In this document: positions 47,717 to 61,872 of the stretch, one piece after another
Layout of the letters: the number at the start of each line of letters is the position of its first letter
Position numbering within the stretch: the first letter of the stretch is position 1
DNA from: Chloroflexota bacterium
GTDB lineage: Bacteria > Chloroflexota > Dehalococcoidia > Bin125
Reading direction: 5' to 3'
DNA: 64,000 nucleotides
NCBI GenBank assembly: GCA_009838915.1
Contig: VXQT01000013.1
Coordinates: 315,161-379,160 of the forward strand
Notes under the pieces: generated by a model
What the model saw: only the letters and a program-made list of their open reading frames with translations
Databases searched by the model: none
What the model was told of the DNA's origin: nothing
Position numbers and translations under genes: made by a program

Positions 47717-49644
47717 TGACAACGCGCCCTCCCGGCGGCGGCAACGGACCATCGCCGGGGGCGCCTGGTGGTCCCCCAATGACACAGGAAGGACCGCCGC
47801 CCGGCATGAGCATGGGCGAAGTGCCGCCCGGTTGGCTCTTGCCACAGCGCCGCAAGGTGCTGATCATGCTCTGCGTCATGCTGGCGCTGTTCTTGGCTGC
47901 GCTCGATCAAACGATCTGGAGCGTGGCCGCGCCCAAGGCGGTCGGCGATCTCGGCGGACTGGATCTCTTCGCCTGGCCGGCGACCTCCTATCTGCTCGGC
48001 TCTACCGTGATCGTGCCGATCATCGGCAAACTCTCGGACGCGCACGGACGCAAACCCTACCTGCTCGCCGGCATCGTCATCTTCCTGGTTGCTTCGGCCC
48101 TCTGCGGGGCGTCGGGAAGCATGTGGGAGCTGATCGGCTTCCGTCTGCTGCAAGGCTTCGGCGCGGCCTTCATCATGGCCAACGCCTTTACCACGATGGG
48201 CGACTACTTCGCCCCCGCCGAGCGCGGGCGCTGGGCAGGCATCATCGCCGGCACCTTCGCCCTGGCCAGCATCATTGGACCGCTGGCCGGCGGCGTGCTG
48301 ACCGACGAACTCTCCTGGCGTTGGGTCTTCTACATCAACATTCCCGTCGGCGGCCTGGGGCTGCTGGCGATCACGATGCTGATGCCCAGGCAGAAGCCGC
48401 AGCATCCCAACCGCCAACCGACCGACTGGCTGGGAGCCGGCCTGCTGATCGTCGCAGCAACGCCGCTCTTGCTTGCCTTTTCGATGGGCGGCAACCAATT
48501 CGGTTGGCTTGACTCGCCAATCGTTGCCTGCTTGATCGTGGCCGTGGTTGCAGCCTTCGCATGGTGGAGGACCGCGCGGCGCAAGGGCGACGACGGGATC
48601 ATGCCTCTGCCGATGTTCCAGAACCGGATCTACCTGTTCTGCACGGTCGTGATGTTCCTGATCGGCATCGCGATGATGGGCGCGATGTTCAATCTGCCGT
48701 TCTTCCTGCAAGGCGCACAGGGCATCTCGGCCACCAATTCCGGCCTGGTCACGCTGCCGATGAGCCTCGGCGTGGTTCCCGCTTCCGTCGCGGCTGGCCA
48801 GATCCTGTCCAGAACCGGTCGCTACAAGCCGCTCGCGATCATCGGCGGCGGCGGCGCGGCGTTCGCGCTGTTCATGCTGTCGCAACTCAACGTGGATTCC
48901 AATCTCAACATGGCCCGCCTCTACATGTTCATCATGGGCGGATCGATGGGGATCTTGATGCCGCTGTATTCGCTGCTGATGCAGAACTCGCTGCCGTTCA
49001 GGCTGCTGGGCGTCGGCACGGCGACCAATCAGTTCTTCCGACAAATGGGCGCAGCAATGGGCATCTCGTTGTTCGGCGCCATGATCGTGTCCGGATTCTC
49101 GTCGCAGTTAAGCAAGGCGTTCCCGGATGGCTTTGAACGGCTGAAGGAGCAACCCGAACTCCTGCTTAACCCCGAGGCGCTGCAGGGATTTCGACAGCAG
49201 TTGGAACAACAGTCGCCGGGCTCCGCCGATGCGGTCATCCAGTCGGCGCGAGAGGCTCTGGCCGTGCCGGTCACCGATGTCTTCCTCTACGGTGCGATCG
49301 TCATGGCGGTAGTGCTCGCTATTGCAGTGATCTTGCCCCGGATGAGATTCCAGACGCAGGAAGAGATGATGGCCGAGGCTCGGGCGGCAGCAGCCAATCG
49401 CCCTCCCGGCGCGCCTCGATCAGCCGCACCGATTGGCTCTCCCAATGGCGGCCGACCCCTCTCTTCCTACCCGGACTCTGCGGGAACTGCAGTTTCCGAA
49501 CGTCCTACAGTAGAAAGACACCCCGTGGCTGCTTCGCCTGCAGAAGCGACGGCGAACGGCGGCGGCGGCAACGGATTGCACGAGTCGGTGCCGATGATCG
49601 CGTCCTGGGCGACACAACGGCGCCGACATCCAGACAGCGCATGA
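47716..49644 (+). CDS. MFS transporter, DHA2 (14-TM EmrB/QacA) drug-efflux family
   Basis: 642 aa with ~14 TM helices, a Pro/Gly-rich N-terminus and a long C-terminal tail. ATGA overlap with marR. Confidence 0.8.
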   Translation: MTTRPPGGGNGPSPGAPGGPPMTQEGPPPGMSMGEVPPGWLLPQRRKVLIMLCVMLALFLAALDQTIWSVAAPKAVGDLGGLDLFAWPATSYLLGSTVIVPIIGKLSDAHGRKPYLLAGIVIFLVASALCGASGSMWELIGFRLLQGFGAAFIMANAFTTMGDYFAPAERGRWAGIIAGTFALASIIGPLAGGVLTDELSWRWVFYINIPVGGLGLLAITMLMPRQKPQHPNRQPTDWLGAGLLIVAATPLLLAFSMGGNQFGWLDSPIVACLIVAVVAAFAWWRTARRKGDDGIMPLPMFQNRIYLFCTVVMFLIGIAMMGAMFNLPFFLQGAQGISATNSGLVTLPMSLGVVPASVAAGQILSRTGRYKPLAIIGGGGAAFALFMLSQLNVDSNLNMARLYMFIMGGSMGILMPLYSLLMQNSLPFRLLGVGTATNQFFRQMGAAMGISLFGAMIVSGFSSQLSKAFPDGFERLKEQPELLLNPEALQGFRQQLEQQSPGSADAVIQSAREALAVPVTDVFLYGAIVMAVVLAIAVILPRMRFQTQEEMMAEARAAAANRPPGAPRSAAPIGSPNGGRPLSSYPDSAGTAVSERPTVERHPVAASPAEATANGGGGNGLHESVPMIASWATQRRRHPDSA

Positions 49645-49656
49645 GGCGGAGCAAGC

Positions 49657-50160
49657 ATGACCACGCCAAATGGACACGAAGCAACCGACCTCGAAGCCGG
49701 GGGCGAACATGCAAGCAGCACGGTCCTCGCGCTGGACGGCTGGGGCCCCGTCGTGCCCGAGCCCGCGGCTAACGGCGCGAACGGATCCAATGGCGTCGAG
49801 CCAGACGTGATGGGGCATCATGAACCGGAGCCGGCCACCGTATCCACCACAGATGGTCGTGATCGACTCGACTCATGGCGAGAGCGACTGGAGCGCACCA
49901 TTCCCCGTTCAGTAACGGAGCTACCCATTGACAGTCAGCTGGTGACGATTCTTGCGTCGGCCGCCGCGATGTCGATCGCCGTGTTTGCGGTCATCCTTCT
50001 GGGTCGGCGCTTGATGACGCTCGACCTTCAGGCGTCCGCGTCGTTCGCCGACTCTGCCGGTCTTCGCCGCCGCCTGGCGCTGGCCATCGATCCGTCACTG
50101 ACACCGGCGCCGGTGCGGCCGAGCCGACCCTCGATCCTGTCAAGGCTGCTGGAGCTCTGA
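49657..50160 (+). CDS. Hypothetical protein (single TM helix)
   Basis: 167 aa. GGAG ribosome-binding site 7 nt upstream. Lies 12 nt after the MFS stop, so probably co-transcribed. Confidence 0.4.
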   Translation: MTTPNGHEATDLEAGGEHASSTVLALDGWGPVVPEPAANGANGSNGVEPDVMGHHEPEPATVSTTDGRDRLDSWRERLERTIPRSVTELPIDSQLVTILASAAAMSIAVFAVILLGRRLMTLDLQASASFADSAGLRRRLALAIDPSLTPAPVRPSRPSILSRLLEL

Positions 50161-50193
50161 CGAGGAGCGAAGGAACTGTGCGAGGCCGCGAGG

Positions 50194-54747
<4,554 letters not shown>

Positions 54748-54908
54748 ATCGAAGGCGACTATCTCTCTCGGTCTATCGACTGAAACAGTCAATGCGTACA
54801 CAGGCGCTGGCGGTGGAGAATACGTGAATATTCGCACAAATGACGTTGCCACGCTAGCGACACGATTACAACGTGCTCGCGCAGGAACACAACGACTGGC
54901 GCTGTCGA

Positions 54909-56264
54909 CTAGAGGATTTCCGCTCGGCGCAAATCCGACAATGCGGCGCTGAAGCGGTCGATGGTCGAATCGATCTGCGATTCCGTGTGCACGCAGGAGA
55001 CCAGCGCGCCCATGCCCATCAGATCAACGCCGTGGTTGATCAGGGCTCGGCGAAACGGCCAGGCGACCTCCGACGGCGTTCCCGGCAAGGTCGCTTGCGC
55101 GCCGCCATGTTGGTCCCAGTTCCATGTCACGCCGTCCTCGGGTCGGTCGAGGTTCTGTCCCAGCACGATGTGCACCATCGAGGCATCGGCCCAGGCGGAG
55201 CCAGGCGCCTCGGCCTCGAGCAGGGCTCGGTTGAGGCCTCGCGACAACTGCGCGGCCCGGGCGTTGGCGATGCTCAGCGGATCTTCCTCGGCGATAGCCC
55301 GCAGCGCCCGCTCGCCGGCGACCGCCGAGAGGGGATTGGCATTGAAGGTGCCTGGGTGCGCGACCCGGCCGCTGCCGGCGTCGAAGCTGATCTGATCGAG
55401 CAGCTCGGCTCGTCCCACGACCGCGCCGCCCGGCAGGCCTCCGGCCGCGATCTTGGCCAGCGTGGTCAGGTCCGGCCGGACACCGATCCGCTCCTGCACA
55501 CCGCCGGCGCTGGCCCGGAAGCCGGTCACGACTTCGTCGAAAATCAGCATCGTGCCGGTACGTTCAGCTAGATCCCGCAATTCGCGCGGCACCGACGGAT
55601 CGAGCGGGCACGTGCCCCACGAGTAGCCGGTCGGCTCGAGAATTACAGCGGCGTAGTCCCGGGCGTCCAGCGCCTCGGCGATGCCGGCGATATCCGTCTG
55701 GTCGAAGACCGAGATCAGCTCCTGCATCGCGGTCGGTTGGCCGTTGGCCGCGATTGGCCCGGCCGATGTCCGACCGGCGGCAAACACGCTGTCGTTCCAG
55801 CCGTGGAAGTGGTGCCTGAGCCGCAGTAAGCGGTCTCGTCCGGTGGCGGCGCGGGCCAGGCGGACGGCCATCATCGTCGCCTCGGTGCCCGACGAGGTGA
55901 AGCGCACCTTCTCGGCGCTTGGCAGCAGCCGCTTGATCGCCAGTGCCCAGCGGCGTTCGAGGTCGCTTGAGCCGCCCATGTGCGTGCCTCGTGCGACCTG
56001 CTCGGTAACTGCTTCGACCAGGTACGGATGGCTGTGGCCGAAGATCAGCGCGCCGTGGCCCATGACGTAGTCGATGTACTCGTTGCCGTCGGCGTCCCAC
56101 TTCTGTGCGCCGACCGCGCGGTCGACCGTGATCCCGAACGGATCGAAGTGACGCGCGTCGTGGGTGACGCCGCCGGGAAAGATCGTCCTCGCTTCTTCCG
56201 CTCTTCTCGCCGACTCCGCGTGCTTCTCCAGGAACTCCCGATCAATCGCCGTCGAGCCGCTCAT
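54909..56264 (-). CDS. Class III aminotransferase, glutamate-1-semialdehyde 2,1-aminomutase (HemL)-like
   Basis: ...FDEVVTGFR..., ...RFTSSGTEATM... Start at ATG 56264 (MSGSTAI, GGAGG ribosome-binding site) rather than the track's GTG at 56297. Confidence 0.8.
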   Translation of the reverse strand: MSGSTAIDREFLEKHAESARRAEEARTIFPGGVTHDARHFDPFGITVDRAVGAQKWDADGNEYIDYVMGHGALIFGHSHPYLVEAVTEQVARGTHMGGSSDLERRWALAIKRLLPSAEKVRFTSSGTEATMMAVRLARAATGRDRLLRLRHHFHGWNDSVFAAGRTSAGPIAANGQPTAMQELISVFDQTDIAGIAEALDARDYAAVILEPTGYSWGTCPLDPSVPRELRDLAERTGTMLIFDEVVTGFRASAGGVQERIGVRPDLTTLAKIAAGGLPGGAVVGRAELLDQISFDAGSGRVAHPGTFNANPLSAVAGERALRAIAEEDPLSIANARAAQLSRGLNRALLEAEAPGSAWADASMVHIVLGQNLDRPEDGVTWNWDQHGGAQATLPGTPSEVAWPFRRALINHGVDLMGMGALVSCVHTESQIDSTIDRFSAALSDLRRAEIL

Positions 56265-56349
56265 GGCCTGTGCCTCCGCTGTTGCTTCTTCCGACACTAA
56301 CGCACAGGGACGGGCCGGACGCAGGCCGAGGTCAAACTAGAGTGGCGGC

Positions 56350-57054
56350 ATGACGAACTGGCGGATCACCCGCGGGCGCGCGGCCTGGCTGGCACTGCTT
56401 GGCATTGCCGTGGTCGCCTTGCTGATCGGCGCGTACTTCGCCTATGAGCGCTGGTTCCCCTGGGAGCAGGCGGAGATCGAGGAGTGGATTGACGGCTTCG
56501 GCGTCTGGGGACCTATCGTGTACATCGCCGTATTCGCCGCCTCGATGCTCTTTGCGCCGCTGCCTACGGCGCCGATGCCGTTGGTCGCCGCCGCTGTCTT
56601 TGGTCCCGCGCTCGGGTTTCTCTACACGATTTCGGCCACGGCGATCGGTTCGACGATCTGCTTCTGGGTGGCCAGGCGATTGGGACGACCGGCGCTGCGC
56701 CGGCTGACATCGCAGCGGGCCCTGGACAAGATCGACGAGCTGGGCGAGCGGCTCGGCATCCGCCTGCTGATCGTGCTGAGGCTGTTTCCCGTCGCCGGCG
56801 TTGACTACGTGTCCTATGCCGCCGGCCTCACGCAGATGCGGTTCGCGACCTACATCGTGATCTCGGTGCTGGCCTCGTCGCCGATTTTGGTGCTCGCCGC
56901 CGTTCTCGGCGACGCCGTGCTCGAACGCAACCGCGAACTGCTGATCGGCGCGGCGGTCGGCATCGTGGGGTTCTTCGCCCTGCCGGTCGTCTGGGTTTGG
57001 TGGCGGCAGCGCCGAGCCTCGCGCGGCGTTCAACCCGCGCCGACGGAGCGCTAG
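56350..57054 (+). CDS. TVP38/TMEM64 (DedA/SNARE-associated) family membrane protein
   Basis: ...FAPLPTAPMPLVAAAVFGP... and VAGVDYVSYAAGLT motifs with multiple TM helices. Confidence 0.75.
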   Translation: MTNWRITRGRAAWLALLGIAVVALLIGAYFAYERWFPWEQAEIEEWIDGFGVWGPIVYIAVFAASMLFAPLPTAPMPLVAAAVFGPALGFLYTISATAIGSTICFWVARRLGRPALRRLTSQRALDKIDELGERLGIRLLIVLRLFPVAGVDYVSYAAGLTQMRFATYIVISVLASSPILVLAAVLGDAVLERNRELLIGAAVGIVGFFALPVVWVWWRQRRASRGVQPAPTER

Positions 57055-57063
57055 CCTCCAACC

Positions 57064-57654
57064 ATGCCGCTCTCCGACGCGCCCTCGCTGCTCACCCTCA
57101 TGTGGTCGCCGCTGACCGTGGTCACGGCTCAGCACGAAGGTCAACGGGGCGGACAGATTGCCGTCGGCGCGTTCGCGGCGTCGATCGTGCCCGCTCAGCC
57201 TCGAGTCCTCGTCCAGATTCAGAAGCGCAACCACACCAACTCGCTGATCCAGGCCTCGGGCAAACTGGCCGTGCACGTCATCGCCCGCGACCAGTGGCAC
57301 TGGGTCAAGCACTGGGGCTTCCGCTCGCAAACCGAAGTGGACAAGTTCGAGGGCGTCGACTGGTTCGAACACCAAGACGGCTTACCTGTGCTGGAGGGCG
57401 TGCTCGGCTGGATGACCTGCCGAGTCGTCAATCACATGGACGGCGGCGACATGGCGATCTGGCTGGCCGATGTCACCGACGCCACGCGAAACACCCGAGC
57501 CCAAGCGATCCGCTGGCACGAAGTGCAACAGGTGCTGCCGCCCGATTGGGCCGAGGAGTACGCCCGCAAGCTCAACCACGACGTCCCTGACTCGGGCCGG
57601 CGGATGTCGGAACTCTCAGCCGAGCCGCCCTGGAGTGTCAGTAGCGAACCGTAG
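57064..57654 (+). CDS. Flavin reductase-domain protein (NAD(P)H:FMN oxidoreductase, HpaC/RutF-like)
   Basis: ...LMWSPLTVVTAQHEGQRGGQIAVGAFAASI... flavin_reduct domain. Confidence 0.7.
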   Translation: MPLSDAPSLLTLMWSPLTVVTAQHEGQRGGQIAVGAFAASIVPAQPRVLVQIQKRNHTNSLIQASGKLAVHVIARDQWHWVKHWGFRSQTEVDKFEGVDWFEHQDGLPVLEGVLGWMTCRVVNHMDGGDMAIWLADVTDATRNTRAQAIRWHEVQQVLPPDWAEEYARKLNHDVPDSGRRMSELSAEPPWSVSSEP

Positions 57655-57669
57655 GAGCTGCGCGCCGTC

Positions 57670-58470
57670 CTAGCGGCCCTTCCAGTTCGGCGTTCGCTTC
57701 TCGGCGAAGGCTCGCGGGCCTTCGATCAGGTCCTCGGACTGTCCCATGATGCGCTGCTGGTGGAACGTGTGCGTGAGCGCGGCCGGAAGCGGTAGGTCGA
57801 GGCCCTTGTAGGCGGACTCCTTCGAGGCCCGTACCGAGATCGGCGCACAGAGCAGAATTTCACCGGCCCAGCGGCGGGCTGTATCCATCAGCTCGGCGGC
57901 CGGTACGACCTCGTTGACCAGTCCCCACTGGTGGGCGATCGGCGCGGGGATATGATTGCCGGTCAGCATGTAGCCCATCGCGATCTTGAGCGGGATGTGG
58001 CGCGGCAGTCGGTGGACGCCGCCGGCGCCGGCCATCAGACCCACGCGCGGCTCGGGCAGACCCAGGCGGGCGTGATCGGCAGCGATGATAATGTCGCAGG
58101 CCATCGCCATCTCACAGCCGCCGCCCAGCGCGAACCCGTTGACCGCGGCGATCATCGGTTTGGGACACTCCCAGTCGGCAGTGATCCCGCCGAATCCGCC
58201 GCGCACGGGCGCGAACGACGGGCGCTCGTTAGCCGGCACGCGCGACATCTCGGCTGTGTATTTCAGGTCGTTACCGGCCGAGAACGCGCGCTCGCCCGCG
58301 CCGGTCAGAATTGCGACCCAGGCCGAGTCGTCGTTGGCGAACGTGTTCCACGCGTCGGACAGCTCTTCAGTCGTCGGCGGATGGATTGAGTTCATCCGCT
58401 CCGGTCGATTGATCGTGATCGTGACGATGTTCTCGTCCTGCTCGTACTTGATGAACTCGTAGTTGGCCAT
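57670..58470 (-). CDS. Enoyl-CoA hydratase/isomerase (crotonase) family protein
   Basis: ...VTITINRPERMNS..., ...AILTGAGERAFSAGNDL... crotonase motifs. Confidence 0.88.
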   Translation of the reverse strand: MANYEFIKYEQDENIVTITINRPERMNSIHPPTTEELSDAWNTFANDDSAWVAILTGAGERAFSAGNDLKYTAEMSRVPANERPSFAPVRGGFGGITADWECPKPMIAAVNGFALGGGCEMAMACDIIIAADHARLGLPEPRVGLMAGAGGVHRLPRHIPLKIAMGYMLTGNHIPAPIAHQWGLVNEVVPAAELMDTARRWAGEILLCAPISVRASKESAYKGLDLPLPAALTHTFHQQRIMGQSEDLIEGPRAFAEKRTPNWKGR

Positions 58471-58524
58471 AGCGATCCCCCATCAGGTGTCGGTGTGCTC
58501 AGTCTCGTGTTGCGGTCGCGCGGG

Positions 58525-59346
58525 CTAATGCTGGACGCACGTCCCGCCGTCCACATTGTAGGACTGACCTGTGATCCACTCGCCCTCGCGAGCGCAGAGG
58601 AAGGCCGTGATGAAGGCGATGTCCTCGCCTTCGCCCGCGCGGCCCATCGGTATCCGCGTATCGATTGCTCGCTGCCAGAATTCGCCGCGACCCATATCGT
58701 CCATCCGCGAGGTGTCGATGATGCCCGGACAGATCGCGTTGACTCTGATGCCGTGCTGCCCGATCTCCTGCGCCATGCATGCCGTCAGCGCCTGCAATCC
58801 CGCCTTCGACGACGCGTACGCGGCAGTGTTCGGACCGAGCATCTTGCCGGCGATCGAGGAGATGTTGATGATCGCGCCGCCCTCGCCCTGTTCAATCAGC
58901 TTCCGCCCAAACACCTGCGACATGTAGAAGACGCCGTTGAGGTTGACATCGAGCACCAACCGCCAGAGGTCGGGATCGAGGTCGATCACTGGTACGCGGT
59001 CGGAGCCGCGCGCGGCCCCGGCGTTGTTAATCACGAAATCGACGCGGCCGAACTCCGCCAGCGTCGTCTCCAACAACGCCTCGACCGCTCCATAGTCGGC
59101 GACATCGGAGACCAGCGGCAGGGCGCTGCGTCCTTCGGCGCGGACTTCGTCGGCGACCGATTCGATGTCGCGCCAGCCGACGGCCTTCTCGTCGTCGGGA
59201 TAGTGCTCCAGGGCGCGGCCGGTGCCGGTCAGGACCACATCGCAACCTTGCCGCGCCAGTTCAACCGCGATCGGCCTGCCGATGCTGCGCATCCGGCCCG
59301 CGCCGGTCACTACCGCTACTTTGCCTTCGAGTCCGCTCAATTGCAT
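58525..59346 (-). CDS. SDR-family oxidoreductase
   Basis: Glycine-rich NAD-binding motif (V)TGAGRMRSIG; catalytic NISS...YASSKAG region matches the SDR YxxxK motif. Confidence 0.85.
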   Translation of the reverse strand: MQLSGLEGKVAVVTGAGRMRSIGRPIAVELARQGCDVVLTGTGRALEHYPDDEKAVGWRDIESVADEVRAEGRSALPLVSDVADYGAVEALLETTLAEFGRVDFVINNAGAARGSDRVPVIDLDPDLWRLVLDVNLNGVFYMSQVFGRKLIEQGEGGAIINISSIAGKMLGPNTAAYASSKAGLQALTACMAQEIGQHGIRVNAICPGIIDTSRMDDMGRGEFWQRAIDTRIPMGRAGEGEDIAFITAFLCAREGEWITGQSYNVDGGTCVQH

Positions 59347-59393
59347 GACTGCTCCTGTTCCGCCGAGTCTTCGCGGCGAGGCTAGCAGCCGAT

Positions 59394-59786
59394 CTACTCG
59401 TCCTCGTCCTCAACCTCGTCAGAGTCGTCAAGCGCTGCATCGTCTTCGTAGAACTCCTCCGACTCCGCCAGTTCCCTGATGTCGCCCAGGATCTTCTCCA
59501 GGTGGGGGCCGTTGCCGGCGCCGCGGATCATGCGCAGCAGCGGTCCGAGCAGACCTGAGAACTCCAGCTCGGCTTCGGCACGGGTGAATCCACCGCCCGC
59601 GCGCTCGAATCGAAAGTCGTAACGAGCGCCGGTGAGCGCGGTTGACCAGCCAATCGCATAGTGCCGAGGCGACTCGCTGACTAACTCCTTGAACGCCCCC
59701 TCCGTAATCGCCAGCTCCAACACCTCCAGCGAGGCCTCAAAGGCATCAATCGGCTCCGCCTCAATCTCCAGATCACGGATGGTCAT
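59394..59786 (-). CDS. SRPBCC-family (polyketide cyclase/CoxG-like) small protein with acidic C-terminal tail
   Basis: Start reassigned to MTIRDLEIEAEP (ATG 59786, GGGAG ribosome-binding site). C-terminus DDSDEVEDEDE. Fold assignment is tentative. Confidence 0.5.
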   Translation of the reverse strand: MTIRDLEIEAEPIDAFEASLEVLELAITEGAFKELVSESPRHYAIGWSTALTGARYDFRFERAGGGFTRAEAELEFSGLLGPLLRMIRGAGNGPHLEKILGDIRELAESEEFYEDDAALDDSDEVEDEDE

Positions 59787-59864
59787 TCGCTGACTCCCGC
59801 TGCCGCCGCTGGCCAGGCGTCTATTCGCCCACGAGGGCAGTGATTCGCAATACGCTGATCTCCT

Positions 59865-60893
59865 GTGACGCAGCGTAAACCCCAAGTCTCCGATCTCGGA
59901 TGCATCCCCGACCTCAACTCCGAGGAACAGGCCGCATATGAGGTCGGGCTGGCCGTGCGGGCGGATGCTGAGGCGCGCGCTCCTGGCTGGGTTGCGCGGA
60001 CCGTCGATGTTGCGCTCAACACGAACCATGGGTTTCCCCGAGGCGAAGCTCGGATTGCGCTGCAACTTGGACCGGCGGAGGAGGTCGTGGCGGCGTTGCT
60101 GCCGGCGTTGCTGTCGGCAAACAAACGGATGCGGCGACGCTCGATGACGCTGCTGCCTCGGCTTGACCCGGACGAAGTCTGCCGACAGCTTGACCCGGTC
60201 CTGGAGTCGGGCGAGCGCAACTCGCGCCGTGCGGCCTGCGTGGCGCTAGCCGCCATCGGAGCGCCGGCGTCGGCGTTGCTGGAACGCCTGACCGACGATC
60301 CGGACGGCGCGATCCGCAACCGCGCCCGCCGCGCACTCGACGCCGTCGCCGCTCGACCGCCCGACAACGACAATCGCAATCTGTCGTACGTTCGACCCTT
60401 CGGGCTTCCCTATCGCGACGCGCCACCGCCCAGGCCTGAGTCTTTCGCCGTCGCCGCGTTCAACTTCTCTTACGGCGTCAATCTGGGCACGCTAGTGCGC
60501 AGCGCCGAAGCAGCCGGAGCCGAGTCGGTCTGGATCATCGGTCGCGACTTCTACTACCGGCCCTCGACCAAGGGCACCGACTGGTGGCTGCCGGTTGAGA
60601 CCTTCGACTCAGTCAACGACTGTCTGGCTCGCGCAGTCGAGGAGGGATTCGAAGTCGTCGCATTGCAACAGGGATCCAAGGCGCAGCCGGTCTGGGAGGC
60701 TGAGTGGCCTCAGCGTCCGCTGATCGTTGCCGGAAACGAAGGCGACGGACTGCCGTCGTCCTTCGTCGACGCGGCAGTTCTGCAGCTCGAGTTGCCAGTG
60801 TTCGGGCAGATCGACAGCCTGAACGTCGCCGTCGCCACTTCGGTCGCGATGTACGCCTTCCGAGGTTGGCAAGCTCGGCAGCAGCGGACGTGA
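59865..60893 (+). CDS. HEAT-repeat (PBS-lyase type) / SpoU-class RNA methyltransferase fusion protein
   Basis: N-terminal ...ERNSRRAACVALAAIG...DDPDGAIRNRARRALDAV HEAT repeats. C-terminal ...LIVAGNEGDGLPSSFVDAAVLQLELPVFGQIDSLNVAVATSVAMY SpoU motifs. GTG start is uncertain. Confidence 0.65.
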   Translation: MTQRKPQVSDLGCIPDLNSEEQAAYEVGLAVRADAEARAPGWVARTVDVALNTNHGFPRGEARIALQLGPAEEVVAALLPALLSANKRMRRRSMTLLPRLDPDEVCRQLDPVLESGERNSRRAACVALAAIGAPASALLERLTDDPDGAIRNRARRALDAVAARPPDNDNRNLSYVRPFGLPYRDAPPPRPESFAVAAFNFSYGVNLGTLVRSAEAAGAESVWIIGRDFYYRPSTKGTDWWLPVETFDSVNDCLARAVEEGFEVVALQQGSKAQPVWEAEWPQRPLIVAGNEGDGLPSSFVDAAVLQLELPVFGQIDSLNVAVATSVAMYAFRGWQARQQRT

Positions 60894-61819
60894 TGCGCCG
60901 GTTCAGTCGACGGGCGATCCTGCGAGCAGGCGCGGTCTGCGCCGTCGGCGCCGCTCTCGGACCGCATGTCCCGTCAACCGCTCGTGAAACCAGTGAGATT
61001 CCGCTGGTCGAGGGCTGGAACAGCGCCACCTGGTGCGGTCCCGACACGCCCATCGCCGATGCCGTCAGTTCCCTGCCGTTGATCTCGGCGTACGGCTGGA
61101 ACGTCCCGAATCAGCGTTGGCTCGCGTATGCGCCGAGTGCGCCAGTCAACTCGATCGGCACGTTGGTGCACGGCCAACCGCTGCGACTGCGACTCAAGTC
61201 CGACGCAGTCTGGAGACAGCCAAGTTATCGCGGCCCCTTGCCCGAACCAGTCGAGCTCCCCGTTGGCTGGTCGTACCTCGGCTGGTCAGGACTACGCGAG
61301 ACGGTCTGGACTACGTTCGGCGAAGATCCCTATGGACCCGTCGCCGAGGTCTGGCGCTGGAACACAGACTACGCGCAGTGGTACTCCTACGTCCCCGGAG
61401 AGTCCGCACAGCAGCTCTTCGCGGTGCTGCATCCCGGCAACGCGGTGTGGGTCAAGATGCGAGTCGGTTCGGCGCGCTGGAACCCGGCAGGCGGGATCGT
61501 CCAGGCCGACCTTGCGTCACGGGTCGTGCCGGGAGAAATCACCTACTACCACCCATCGTTGGCCGGCGGCGTGATGTACTGTCCGCCGCACAACCGCTAC
61601 GACCCGCAGGACGTGACGGTCGGCGCGGCGGTCACCTGGCCCTGCGGCACGCGGCTGCGCATCTGGCGGGACGAGCGCTTCGTCGACGTGATCGTGCAGG
61701 ACACCGGACTCCTCGGGCACAATCATGTCGACCTCTCGGAAGCGGCGTTCCAGCGGTTGGCAACGCTTCCTGAAGGCCGTGTAAGGGTCTTGATCGAAGT
61801 ACTCGCGGGACCCGACTAG
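60893..61819 (+). CDS. Tat-secreted RlpA-like double-psi beta-barrel (DPBB) protein
   Basis: Start reassigned to MRRFSRRAILRAG (Tat motif, ATG 60893) overlapping the upstream stop (TGATG). C-terminal ...YCPPHNRYDPQDVTVGAAVTWPCGTRLRIWRDERFVDVIVQDTG... RlpA-like DPBB. Confidence 0.65.
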   Translation: MRRFSRRAILRAGAVCAVGAALGPHVPSTARETSEIPLVEGWNSATWCGPDTPIADAVSSLPLISAYGWNVPNQRWLAYAPSAPVNSIGTLVHGQPLRLRLKSDAVWRQPSYRGPLPEPVELPVGWSYLGWSGLRETVWTTFGEDPYGPVAEVWRWNTDYAQWYSYVPGESAQQLFAVLHPGNAVWVKMRVGSARWNPAGGIVQADLASRVVPGEITYYHPSLAGGVMYCPPHNRYDPQDVTVGAAVTWPCGTRLRIWRDERFVDVIVQDTGLLGHNHVDLSEAAFQRLATLPEGRVRVLIEVLAGPD

Positions 61820-61872
61820 TGGCATCCGATCTTCGCCGACCGCGCATAGGCTGTCTGCAAGGAGAACCGCTC

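Noticed and set aside
47281-49044. 587-aa minus-strand ORF opposite marR and the MFS pump
   Set aside because: Antisense to two well-supported genes. Its R/H/Q/E-rich composition has no TM or domain signal.
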